A stretch of DNA of 64,000 nucleotides from Enterobacter phage fGh-Ecl02: sequence record ON212266.1. One strand, 5' to 3'. The position numbers were made by a program, and so were the translations under genes. This document shows positions 35,911 to 44,926 of this stretch, piece after piece (the stretch's first letter is position 1; each line of letters opens with the position of its first letter). Under the pieces are notes generated by a model. That model searched no databases. It was not told where the DNA came from and saw only the letters and a list, made by a program, of their open reading frames with translations.

Positions 35911-36968
35911 TGAAATTTCTTGACGAGCAATTTATCAACAACGTGTCGCCCCGCCTTGACAAGTTCAAGTGGGAGCGCGTTGGTACTGTCGCAAACTTCC
36001 GTTGTCCCCTGTGTGGTGACTCCACGAAGTCTGCTAACAAGCGCCGTGGATACTTCTTCTATGATCGGGATCATGACTGCTTCCGGTTCAAGTGCCACAA
36101 CTGCAACCAGATGAATGGCTGGTCATTTGAGTTCTGGCTGAAGAAGTTCGATGAGCGCCTCTCAACAGAGTACAACATGGAGAAGTTCCGCCTGCTGGGT
36201 GATACGTCGGGCAGACCACTTCCTTCCCTGAAGCCGTTGCCAAAGCTGACACAGACCGCCCGTATTGGCTCAGTGGCGGCAAAACGCGACGAGAGCCTCC
36301 TCGGCAATATGCTACGGCTTGATCTACTACCGCCTGACCATAAGGCTCGGCAGTACGTACAGTGGCGGGGGCTGCCGGAGAGCACTTGGTCCTTACTGTA
36401 CTACACACAGCGCTTTCGTGAAGACCTGAAGCTGTTTGAAACAGACCCCGAAAAGCAACTGAAGATCCCTGATGACGAGCGCCTGGTAATTCCATTCTGG
36501 ACACAAGACGGGCGGATGAAGGTCGTTCAGGGGCGTGCATTCGACAAGAACGCGACCCTGCGATACGCGACAGTCAAGCCCAAGGACGAGGACACCAAAG
36601 TCTATGGGGAAGACCGGGTGAACATTCACAAGACCAAGCTGGTGGTGGAAGGTCCGATTGATAGCCTCTTCCTGCCGAATTGTATGGCGTCAGCAGATGC
36701 CGACTTGTTGAGCGTGAAGGGCGACATCTATATCCCTGATAATCAGTACCGGAACCCGCAGGTCTGTGACGGTATTCAGAAGATGATAGATAAAGGTGTC
36801 AAGGTCGTGCTGTTCCCACCGGACGTTCCGTGGAAGGATATCAACGACATGGTCATGCCATCAAAGGGCAACATGCCGATACAAGACCTCCTGAAGCTGA
36901 TCGCCAAGAACGTCTACCAGGGTATGGCCGCTTCATTGCAATTCGCTGAACTGAGGAAAGTGAAATGA
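35910..36968 (+). CDS. 61: DNA primase (gp61 family)
   Basis: Zn ribbon RCPLCGDS...KCHNCN, VVEGPIDSLFLPN (Toprim) and DNQYRNPQVCDGIQKMIDKGVKVVLFP...WKDINDMV align with T4 gp61. Confidence 0.8.
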   Translation: MKFLDEQFINNVSPRLDKFKWERVGTVANFRCPLCGDSTKSANKRRGYFFYDRDHDCFRFKCHNCNQMNGWSFEFWLKKFDERLSTEYNMEKFRLLGDTSGRPLPSLKPLPKLTQTARIGSVAAKRDESLLGNMLRLDLLPPDHKARQYVQWRGLPESTWSLLYYTQRFREDLKLFETDPEKQLKIPDDERLVIPFWTQDGRMKVVQGRAFDKNATLRYATVKPKDEDTKVYGEDRVNIHKTKLVVEGPIDSLFLPNCMASADADLLSVKGDIYIPDNQYRNPQVCDGIQKMIDKGVKVVLFPPDVPWKDINDMVMPSKGNMPIQDLLKLIAKNVYQGMAASLQFAELRKVK

Positions 36969-37171
36969 CGTTAGAAGAACTGAACAAACTGGACGACGGG
37001 GAGATCGTGCGGGGGTACTTGAAATCTCGTGAGGGGTATGTCTTATCTGGGGAAGAGTCTCCGAGTTTCATCCACGGCTGGAAGAATGGTCAGGTGGACT
37101 TTCATGGGGAACCGATCAGTGCTGAACAGGCCGAATTGGCTCGCGAGTTTGTAAGATTTCGCCCGAGCTAA
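36965..37171 (+). CDS. hypothetical protein
   Basis: 68 aa, coupled to the primase, terminator downstream. Confidence 0.4.
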   Translation: MTLEELNKLDDGEIVRGYLKSREGYVLSGEESPSFIHGWKNGQVDFHGEPISAEQAELAREFVRFRPS

Positions 37172-37199
37172 AACTTTTTAATTCACATCACCTCCCTCC

Positions 37200-37227
37200 A
37201 GGCCTCATCGAATGAGGCCTTTTAAAA
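37200..37227 (+). terminator. intrinsic terminator after the primase operon
   Basis: aggcctcat-cgaa-tgaggcct + tttaaaa. Confidence 0.7.
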
Positions 37228-37264
37228 TACTTCAAAAATATTTTAAAAAATTATTGAAAAAGAC

Positions 37265-37293
37265 TTTACTCTTCAATAATGATGCACTATTAT
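37265..37293 (+). promoter_or_regulatory. early promoter TTTACT-N17-TATTAT with A/T-rich UP element (37224-37262)
   Basis: tttaaaatacttcaaaaatattttaaaaaattattgaaaaag lies upstream of the -35. Confidence 0.6.
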
Positions 37294-37366
37294 AGTTCAC
37301 ATAGGGCGGCAACACACCGCCGAATGAAAAGTGAAATGAACCAACTACATTATGAGGAATTATATC

Positions 37367-37855
37367 ATGGCTACCACCAAAACTCTGATCACCAACGGCA
37401 CCATCTCTTTCGAACTGAACACCGAAGTTGCTAAAGTTGAAATGTTCCGCATCGCTCAGGCAGCTGGCTTCACTGGTGGCAAAACTTCCTTCATGAACCT
37501 GCTGAACGGTAAAGTGAAAGCGACTAACGGCTTCACCCTGGTAGAGCAGGTTGTGGTTGATAAAGCTGTGGTTGCTAAGACTGCTGATAAAGTTGGTATG
37601 CTGAAAAACCTGGGTCACGACATCCACATTGTCGAAGCAAACACCGAAACTTACGGCACCATCGTAGTCGGTAAAGGTCGCATCCAGCTGAACCCGCTGA
37701 ACAACGGTTCCTTCTCTGTGATGGTCTTCCCTAAGAAGGGGTACGACAACACCGACATCGTGAAAGCTGTTGGCGGCGAAGCAAAAGCTCAGTACGTCAA
37801 AATGGGTAAACTGAGCGCCGACGCAGTTGAAGCTCTGGTGAGCAAACTGGCCTAA
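37367..37855 (+). CDS. hypothetical abundant early protein, 162 aa
   Basis: Strong UP-element plus TTTACT-N17-TATTAT promoter at 37265-37293, GAGGAATTATATCATG start, highly biased codon usage. Confidence 0.5.
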   Translation: MATTKTLITNGTISFELNTEVAKVEMFRIAQAAGFTGGKTSFMNLLNGKVKATNGFTLVEQVVVDKAVVAKTADKVGMLKNLGHDIHIVEANTETYGTIVVGKGRIQLNPLNNGSFSVMVFPKKGYDNTDIVKAVGGEAKAQYVKMGKLSADAVEALVSKLA

Positions 37856-38039
37856 TCCAGACGTGTAACATAGGGGAGGCAACTCCCCCTATCAGGTCTT
37901 GGGAGGAGATCACAGTCATTCAATCCTCTTTAGGCGCTCTCTGGGTTGCTGACACATTCCGAACAAAGTTTTCCCTCAGTTTCTCGAGTAGTTCACTTTC
38001 ACTTTAAATACCTCTGCATTCATTGTGGAGGTATTTCTT

Positions 38040-38834
38040 ATGGCCATTCTAAAACTTGGCAACCGTGGCACTGAAGTGAAGGCACTTCAGAATAGCCTCA
38101 ACAAAATCGGCTTCACCCTCGTCGCTGATGGTATCTTTGGCAAGGCAACAGAGAACGCCGTCAAGACGGTTCAGGCGGGTGCGGGGCTTGTCATTGATGG
38201 TATCGTAGGTCCAAAGACCTCCTATGCTATTCGCAACGCCGGAGACGCCCATCAGGATCATCTAACTGAGTCAGACCTGATTGATGCTGCTAATGATCTG
38301 GGTGTTGACCTTGCCTCTGTCAAGGCGGTGAATCAGGTTGAGTCGCGCGGCACGGGCTTCACCAAGTCAGGTAAGATCAAGACATTGTTTGAGCGCCACA
38401 TCATGTATAAGAAGCTGATGGCAAAGTTCGGACAGGCTCGGGCGAATGCCATGGGGCATATGTACCCGACGTTGGTCAGCCCGACTGCAGGTGGGTACAC
38501 GGGTGGTGACGCGGAGTTGGATCGACTTCATGCGGCCATCAACATCGATGAGGATTGTGCGTACGAGAGCGCCTCTTACGGTCTCTTCCAGATCATGGGA
38601 TTCAACTGCCAGGTCTGTGGATACGCCAACGCCAAGGAGATGTTCAACGACTTCCTGACAGGAGAACGTGCTCATTTGATGGCATTCGTAAAGTTCATCA
38701 AGGCTGACGCCAAGCTCTGGCAGGCTCTGAAGGACAAGAACTGGTCTGAATTTGCACGGCGCTATAATGGTCCGGCGTATGCCAAGAACCAGTACGACAA
38801 GAAGCTCGCAGCAGCATACAAGAGTTTCAGTTAA
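38040..38834 (+). CDS. endolysin: N-terminal peptidoglycan-binding domain + C-terminal N-acetylmuramidase (DUF3380-like)
   Basis: GxxVxxLQxxLxxxGFxxxxDGIFGxxTxxAV PG_binding_1 repeat. C-terminal GLFQIMGFN block as in Salmonella phage Gp110-type endolysins. No signal peptide. Confidence 0.65.
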   Translation: MAILKLGNRGTEVKALQNSLNKIGFTLVADGIFGKATENAVKTVQAGAGLVIDGIVGPKTSYAIRNAGDAHQDHLTESDLIDAANDLGVDLASVKAVNQVESRGTGFTKSGKIKTLFERHIMYKKLMAKFGQARANAMGHMYPTLVSPTAGGYTGGDAELDRLHAAINIDEDCAYESASYGLFQIMGFNCQVCGYANAKEMFNDFLTGERAHLMAFVKFIKADAKLWQALKDKNWSEFARRYNGPAYAKNQYDKKLAAAYKSFS

Positions 38835-38838
38835 CTCA

Positions 38839-38864
38839 AAGGCCGGAAACGGCCTTTTCTTTAT
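38839..38864 (+). terminator. intrinsic terminator after the endolysin
   Basis: aaggccg-gaaa-cggcctt + ttctttat. Confidence 0.8.
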
Positions 38865-38936
38865 CCAATCCTCAGGTATGCTGGGGTTGTCACCTTAATT
38901 AGAGGTGATGACACCCTGAGATATAGGAAGGTTCCC

Positions 38937-39779
38937 ATGCAATCTGCCACCAAAGTTGTAAGTAAGAAGCCAGCGGGTAAGACCAAGTCAGCACGTAAGA
39001 AGGAGACAATCCAGAAAGAAGATGACTGGATGAAGTTCTCTAAAGGTGACTTCAGAATCGCTCCGTTCAATGGCCTCTCAGAAAATCAGAACCTCGCATA
39101 TCAATCTGCTCTTGTAGAAAACCTCACCATCGCAATCGGTCCGGCAGGCACGGGTAAATCGTACTGTGGTGCCTCAGCTGCCGCCAAGCTCCTGATCGAT
39201 AAAGTGGTCAGTAAGATCGTCATCACGCGCTCTCCGCTGCCGACAGGCCAGACTGCAGGCTTCCGCCCTGGCGACACATACGAAAAGCTGATGCCATATC
39301 TGATGCCCCTGATTCAGACGCTGAAGAAGGTGCTGAAGACTGACACAGGTAGCGACGGTTTCTTCAACTATCTGTGGGAGAAGCGGATCATTGAGATCCA
39401 GGATCTGGAGACCATCAAGGGGATGACCTTTGACGACACCTTCCTGATCATTGAAGAAGCACAGGAATGTGATATGGAGCAGCTGAAGAACCTACTGACC
39501 CGCGCATCTGACTCGACTTACATCTTCGTCAACGGTGACATCAAACAGTCCAACAAGCGCCTGCGCGACAGCGCCCTTGAAAAGTACGTCAGTTCCTTCC
39601 GCGACTTCAACGCCAAGCTGGAGGCCGGAACCCTGAAGATCGATGGTGTTGGCGTCGGTGATGAGTACCCTGAATGGGTTCAGCCGTTCAGCATCATCGA
39701 GTTCGACAAGTCTGACCGCAACGGGCGCGGCGACTTCACCCGCCTGATGCTGGAAGTCAACGATCTGTACGACATTTAA
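38937..39779 (+). CDS. phoH: PhoH-like ATPase
   Basis: GPAGTGKSY Walker A, VITRSP, FLIIEEAQ, VNGDIKQSN motifs. Confidence 0.8.
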   Translation: MQSATKVVSKKPAGKTKSARKKETIQKEDDWMKFSKGDFRIAPFNGLSENQNLAYQSALVENLTIAIGPAGTGKSYCGASAAAKLLIDKVVSKIVITRSPLPTGQTAGFRPGDTYEKLMPYLMPLIQTLKKVLKTDTGSDGFFNYLWEKRIIEIQDLETIKGMTFDDTFLIIEEAQECDMEQLKNLLTRASDSTYIFVNGDIKQSNKRLRDSALEKYVSSFRDFNAKLEAGTLKIDGVGVGDEYPEWVQPFSIIEFDKSDRNGRGDFTRLMLEVNDLYDI

Positions 39780-39862
39780 GTAACTCGCCAACCCTCCCCG
39801 CCGCCTTCAATCTACGAGGGCGGCGTATAATAAAACCTGCGTAAACAAACCCGAGGAACACC

Positions 39863-42145
39863 ATGATTAACGTTATAAAACGTGACGGATCTTCTGTCCC
39901 ATTTGATATTGAGAAACTACACGCAGTCGTAGACCGCGCCTGTGATGGCCTGTCTGGTGTGTCAATGTCAGAGGTGATCGCTGCATCGAAGATTCAGTTC
40001 ACCGACAACATGAGAACAGATCGCATTCAGGATATCCTCATCCAGGCTGCGGCTTCACTGATCTCTGTAGACAAACCCAATTACCAGTATGTGGCTGCTC
40101 GTCTGAAGTCGTATGATCTGCGCAAGGCTGTCTACGGTCAGTACAAGCCGCCTCACCTGCTGGACATCTTCGTCAAGAACATCAAACAGCGCGTGTATGA
40201 TCGTGAGTTCCTTGATCTCTACACGACCGAAGAGTTCAACGAGCTGAACGATGTCATCAATCACAAACGCGATAAGAACTTCACGTGGGCGGCCATGGGT
40301 CAGCTGACTGAGAAGTACCTGTTGCGCGACCGTTCCAAGAAAGACAGCAAGATCTTCTACGAAACCCCTCAGGTCATGTACATGGGCATCGCCATGGCGT
40401 TGTTCTCTAACTGGGACAAAGCCAGCCGCCTGGAGATGGTGAAAAAGTTCTATGAATATGCCAGCACAGGCAAGTTCAGTCTTCCCACCCCGATTATGGC
40501 AGGTGTTCGTACTCCTACCCGTCAGTTCAGTTCCTGTGTGTTAATCAAGACTGATGACACCCTGAACTCTATCAACGCAACAGCCAAGACCATCGTTGAC
40601 TATGTGTCCAAACGTGCGGGTATCGGCTTCGATGTCGGGGCAATCCGTGGGATTGGTAGTCCTATTCGCGGCGGAGAGATGGTTCACACAGGCCTGATCC
40701 CGTTCATCAAGTATCTCACTGGGGCACTCAAATCGTGCTCTCAGGGCGGCATTCGTGGTGGTGCAGCAACAGCGTACATCCCTCTGTGGCATTACCAGTT
40801 CGATGACGTCGTTGTTCTGAAGAACAACCGTGGTACTGAAGAAAACCGCGAACGCCGTATCGACTATGGCATTCAGATCAACCGCGTGATGTTTGAGCGC
40901 CTGGTTGCCAAGCAGCCTCTGTATCTGTTCGACCCGAAAGACAACCGCGAAATGTATGAAGCATACTTCGCTGACGTTGACAAGTTCCGTACTCTGTATG
41001 AGAACATGATCAAGGCCGCCGATGCCGGTTTGGTTCGTGCTAAGAAGTTACAGGCAGAAGAGGTGTTCCAGATGCTGTTAGACCAGCGTTCAGACACAGG
41101 CCGCATCTACATCGCATTTGTCGATCACATGAATGAATACAGTCCATTCAACCTAGACACGATTTATTCTTCAAATCTTTGTTTAGAAATCGCCCTGCCG
41201 ACCCGTGAGTTTGAGCAGTACAACGATGAAAACGGGCGCGTGGCTCTGTGCACCCTGGCTTCCTTCAACCTGACGGCGTTCGAAGATCCTACGGAAATGG
41301 AAGACGTGGCGTTCGTGTTGGTGTCTGCGCTGGACATGCTGTTGGAATATCAGGACTATCCAGCGATTCAGGCTCGCAAGGCTGTTGAAGACTATCGTCC
41401 TCTGGGTGTTGGTATCGTGAATGTGGCTCACTTCCTGGCCAAGAACTTCACGGGCTATGGCTCACCAGCTGGTCTTGAAATGCTGGATGCGTGGATGGCA
41501 CACCTGCACTTCTATCTGGTCAAGGCATCCAACCGTCTGGCTATGAAGTTCGGGGCTTGCAAACGCGGAACCATCCACAATAATGGGCAGGTCACCGCCG
41601 ATCTTCAGCCGCTTCCACTTGATATCCTACCAAATGGTAAGAAGCCGGAAGGGATGGCATACGGGCTGGATTGGGATGGGTTGAAGGATAATCTGAAGAC
41701 CTATGGTATCCGCAACGCTACTCTGCTGGCAGTAGCCCCTACCGAAAGCTCCTCACAGGTCCTCAACGCAACGAACGGCATTGAGCCACCGAAGGGCTTG
41801 GTGAGCATCAAGGGTAGCAAGGACGGCACTTATAAGCAGGTCGTCCCGGACGTTGAGACCCTTGGACCGATGTATGACCTCAAGTGGGACCTGGACTGTA
41901 TTGAGTACCTGAAGACCGCTGCTGTAATCCAGCGCTGGGTTGACCAGTCCATCAGTACCAACACTTGGTATGACCCAGAGAAGTACCCTGACAGCAAGAT
42001 CCCTCGCGCCAAGATGATGCAGGATATCCTGTCGTTCTATATGTGGGGTGGCAAGACTCTGTATTACAACACAAACAAGGACGCCAAGGAAGACGAAGAG
42101 CTGAAGCAGGCTGAGGAAACTCAGTGCGATAGCTGTGTTGTATAA
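39863..42145 (+). CDS. nrdA: ribonucleotide reductase class Ia alpha subunit
   Basis: ATP-cone VIKRDGSSVPFDIEKL, catalytic NLCLEIALP and C-terminal Cys pair. 760 aa. Confidence 0.9.
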   Translation: MINVIKRDGSSVPFDIEKLHAVVDRACDGLSGVSMSEVIAASKIQFTDNMRTDRIQDILIQAAASLISVDKPNYQYVAARLKSYDLRKAVYGQYKPPHLLDIFVKNIKQRVYDREFLDLYTTEEFNELNDVINHKRDKNFTWAAMGQLTEKYLLRDRSKKDSKIFYETPQVMYMGIAMALFSNWDKASRLEMVKKFYEYASTGKFSLPTPIMAGVRTPTRQFSSCVLIKTDDTLNSINATAKTIVDYVSKRAGIGFDVGAIRGIGSPIRGGEMVHTGLIPFIKYLTGALKSCSQGGIRGGAATAYIPLWHYQFDDVVVLKNNRGTEENRERRIDYGIQINRVMFERLVAKQPLYLFDPKDNREMYEAYFADVDKFRTLYENMIKAADAGLVRAKKLQAEEVFQMLLDQRSDTGRIYIAFVDHMNEYSPFNLDTIYSSNLCLEIALPTREFEQYNDENGRVALCTLASFNLTAFEDPTEMEDVAFVLVSALDMLLEYQDYPAIQARKAVEDYRPLGVGIVNVAHFLAKNFTGYGSPAGLEMLDAWMAHLHFYLVKASNRLAMKFGACKRGTIHNNGQVTADLQPLPLDILPNGKKPEGMAYGLDWDGLKDNLKTYGIRNATLLAVAPTESSSQVLNATNGIEPPKGLVSIKGSKDGTYKQVVPDVETLGPMYDLKWDLDCIEYLKTAAVIQRWVDQSISTNTWYDPEKYPDSKIPRAKMMQDILSFYMWGGKTLYYNTNKDAKEDEELKQAEETQCDSCVV

Positions 42146-42215
42146 ATTGGTCTAAACCTACTACCGTTATATCATCAGGGGTGAGAGATCACCCCTTATT
42201 AATCAGGAAAGAAAC

Positions 42216-43319
42216 ATGAGCGAACAGAAACAATTCTCCGTATTCGACCCAAGCTCGGACAACACTGGTCTACCGTTCTTCGGTGACCCAGTGAGCATTC
42301 AGCGTTACGATGTCGTGGCCTGGCCATTCGTACAGAAGTGGTATGAGAAAGGTCTCAGTCAGTTCTGGCGTCCTGAAGAGGTGGACATCACCAAGGACAA
42401 GGCAGACTTCTCTACTCTGAACGAAGCAGAGAAACACGTCTACTTCAGCAACCTGAAGCGCCAGACCATGCTGGACTCTATCCAGGGTGCGGCTCCGTTC
42501 GAGGCGTTTGGTCCATGGGCGTCTACCCCTGAAATGCAGTTTGCTGTCCTTGAATGGACGCGCCAGGAAGCCATTCACTCTTTATCGTACACCCACATTT
42601 TGCGCAACACTGTGAACGATCCAGGTATCGTGTTTGACCACGTACTGGATGTTGTGGAGATCGTGGACTGTGCTCACCAGATCAGTGTGTACTACGATGA
42701 CATGGTACAGTACAGTGGCATGCGTATGGCCGGACGCATCTTCACCCGAGAAGATCTGATGAATGCCAAACGCGCATTCTGGCGTGCTCTGTTTGCTGCC
42801 AACACACTAGAAGGCATCCGCTTCTACGTGTCCTTTGCATGCTCTTGGGCATTCACACAGTTCCAGAAGAAGATGGAAGGCAATGCCAAAATCATTCGAC
42901 AGATCGCCCGTGATGAGCAGGATCACCTGATCCTGACCCAGACGCTGCTAAACCGCCTGCCTGGTATGGACCCCGACTTTGCAATCATCCGTGAGGAACT
43001 GCGTGGTGAGATGACCCAGATGTTCCTGGACGTGGTTCATCAGGAGAAGGAGTGGGCGAACTACCTATTCAAAGACGGTTCCATCCTGGGGCTGAACGCC
43101 AAGATCCTTCATCAGATGGTAGACTGGCTGGCAACCCACCGAATGGGCGCTATCGGGCATCCATATCCCGGTGAACCTCGCAAGGAGAACCCAGTCCCAT
43201 GGATTAATGACTGGCTAGATAATAAGGCAATGCAGTACGCGTTGCAGGAAGCGGAAGCTCCTGATTATCTGATGGGTGTACTGACTGGTTCGGTATCCGA
43301 TGGCCTCAAATTCGCTTAA
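42216..43319 (+). CDS. nrdB: ribonucleotide reductase beta subunit
   Basis: Ferritin-like di-iron motifs (EAIHSLSYTHIL, QDEQDHL) at standard spacing. 367 aa. Confidence 0.85.
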   Translation: MSEQKQFSVFDPSSDNTGLPFFGDPVSIQRYDVVAWPFVQKWYEKGLSQFWRPEEVDITKDKADFSTLNEAEKHVYFSNLKRQTMLDSIQGAAPFEAFGPWASTPEMQFAVLEWTRQEAIHSLSYTHILRNTVNDPGIVFDHVLDVVEIVDCAHQISVYYDDMVQYSGMRMAGRIFTREDLMNAKRAFWRALFAANTLEGIRFYVSFACSWAFTQFQKKMEGNAKIIRQIARDEQDHLILTQTLLNRLPGMDPDFAIIREELRGEMTQMFLDVVHQEKEWANYLFKDGSILGLNAKILHQMVDWLATHRMGAIGHPYPGEPRKENPVPWINDWLDNKAMQYALQEAEAPDYLMGVLTGSVSDGLKFA

Positions 43320-43328
43320 AGGTGAGAA

Positions 43329-43553
43329 ATGATTACGATCTATTCCAAACAAGGTTGCGCTCAGTGTGTAACAGCCGAAAATCTGTGCAAAATGAAAGGG
43401 CTGGAACACAAGATCCTCAAGCTGGACAAAGATTACCGGCTGGAAGAACTTCAGCAGTTGACGGGTAAGCCGCGCGTGTCGATGCCTGTAATCGTCCTCG
43501 CTGACCAGACCGTGACCGACGTTAATGGACTCGCCGCCAGCCTTAAACGCTGA
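43329..43553 (+). CDS. nrdC: glutaredoxin/thioredoxin-like protein (NrdC-like)
   Basis: 74 aa, IYSKQGCAQCV CxxC active site, immediately after nrdAB. Confidence 0.55.
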   Translation: MITIYSKQGCAQCVTAENLCKMKGLEHKILKLDKDYRLEELQQLTGKPRVSMPVIVLADQTVTDVNGLAASLKR

Positions 43554-43579
43554 CAAGCCAAAGCCCCTCAATGAGGGGC

Positions 43580-43608
43580 TTTACTTCTATAATCCCTGCG
43601 CTTATACT
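43580..43608 (+). promoter_or_regulatory. early promoter TTTACT-N17-TATACT fused to the nrdC terminator hairpin
   Basis: Same architecture as 30939. Confidence 0.6.
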
Positions 43609-43658
43609 TCCCAGTAATTCATTGGCATTCGCCACAAATTGAAAGCGGGAACTATATC

Positions 43659-44120
43659 ATGACAAACAAAGTACTCACCAACCCACTGCACAACTTCGGT
43701 TACATTCAACTCCCTCTGGTGATCGACACCCTGTACGCCGACGACAAAGAAGAGATCTGCTGGTCACCCACCGCACTGATTGAACGCGAAATCTTCAAGT
43801 CTGTTGTTGATGTCATGTTCCGTATCGGTCGCAATGGACCTCTGGTCTACCTCGGCAAGGTGACTGAGTTGAAGACAAGCCACAACGAACGCTTCCTTCG
43901 TATCGATACAACGGGGTGTTCTCATCAGGACTTCAACACATTGCGCAATTATGTTCTGGTCAACCGCCCGGTCAGTCAACACCGCCCGTATCTGACTTCA
44001 ATGCACATCGACAATTTCATCACCGACGTGCACCTCCGCGCCGAAACCCTCCATGAAGAGGAAACAGGCCGAGCTATCGACACAGTCTTAAATATGGTTG
44101 TGATCACCCTGGCGGAGTAG
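43659..44120 (+). CDS. hypothetical protein
   Basis: 153 aa. Terminator + TTTACT-N17-TATACT promoter + GGGAACTATATCATG start. Confidence 0.45.
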   Translation: MTNKVLTNPLHNFGYIQLPLVIDTLYADDKEEICWSPTALIEREIFKSVVDVMFRIGRNGPLVYLGKVTELKTSHNERFLRIDTTGCSHQDFNTLRNYVLVNRPVSQHRPYLTSMHIDNFITDVHLRAETLHEEETGRAIDTVLNMVVITLAE

Positions 44121-44125
44121 TCCTC

Positions 44126-44476
44126 ATGCAAGATTACAAAGAGTTGAGAATGCAGCTGGCAGTCCCCATACCAGACAAAGGTTTATACCAGAACCTGCAT
44201 CATCTGATGTCTGAAGGGCATATGCTGCCCTTGCGGTCTGAGGATGGATCTCAGATCGGTTATGCCACCAGTTGCGTGGTCTACGACAAACCAGGAGACG
44301 AAGAGCGCGGAAAGGTCAGTGTGGGTTCCAGATTTGTGTTGAACAAGAAGCTGGAGGGATCAGTGGTTGACGTCAGGCCGATGATTATCCTCTACCAATT
44401 CAACGGCAAAGAAATGTTCAGGTTATTGAGCCACTTCATGTTAGTCGTGGCTCCGGCATTCAGGACGAAATTCTAA
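44126..44476 (+). CDS. hypothetical protein
   Basis: 116 aa. Confidence 0.4.
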   Translation: MQDYKELRMQLAVPIPDKGLYQNLHHLMSEGHMLPLRSEDGSQIGYATSCVVYDKPGDEERGKVSVGSRFVLNKKLEGSVVDVRPMIILYQFNGKEMFRLLSHFMLVVAPAFRTKF

Positions 44477-44853
44477 TTCGTCCTTTTCAACCACACGGTG
44501 TCTGTTATTGGATCTGGATTGTTGACCACATAGAATGTGATGGTAACGCCCAGAGAATGGTAATCCTCTGACAGACTCACCGTGACTTCTTCTACCTCTG
44601 CTCTGGGTTCATACAAGGCGATAGCGTCCTCTACTTTGTTCTTCACATCTACCTGGATAGTCGGTGTCGTGTTTTCACCCAGCAGCCCATAAAGCCCCGC
44701 GCCGATCCCAGGATAAGTGGGCCAGTCCCCGACTGAAGACATGACGATATTCCGCACGGATTGTAAGACAGCATACACACCTGATTTCATGGTGACATCT
44801 TTGGTCACCGGATGCATGCCGAACTTCAGATCGACATCTTTATACTCTTTCAT
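44473..44853 (-). CDS. 25: baseplate wedge protein gp25-like (GPW/gp25 family)
   Basis: YEPRAEVEEVTV and VVNNPDPI match T4 gp25 YEPRIDKLAVNV and VIDNPDDI. 126 aa. Confidence 0.65.
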   Translation of the reverse strand: MKEYKDVDLKFGMHPVTKDVTMKSGVYAVLQSVRNIVMSSVGDWPTYPGIGAGLYGLLGENTTPTIQVDVKNKVEDAIALYEPRAEVEEVTVSLSEDYHSLGVTITFYVVNNPDPITDTVWLKRTN

Positions 44854-44926
44854 TTCGCGATCCTCTCAGGATGCCTATAAGGAGCAGAGAGACGTGCTGT
44901 CCCTCTGCCACTAAACTTATACCAAC

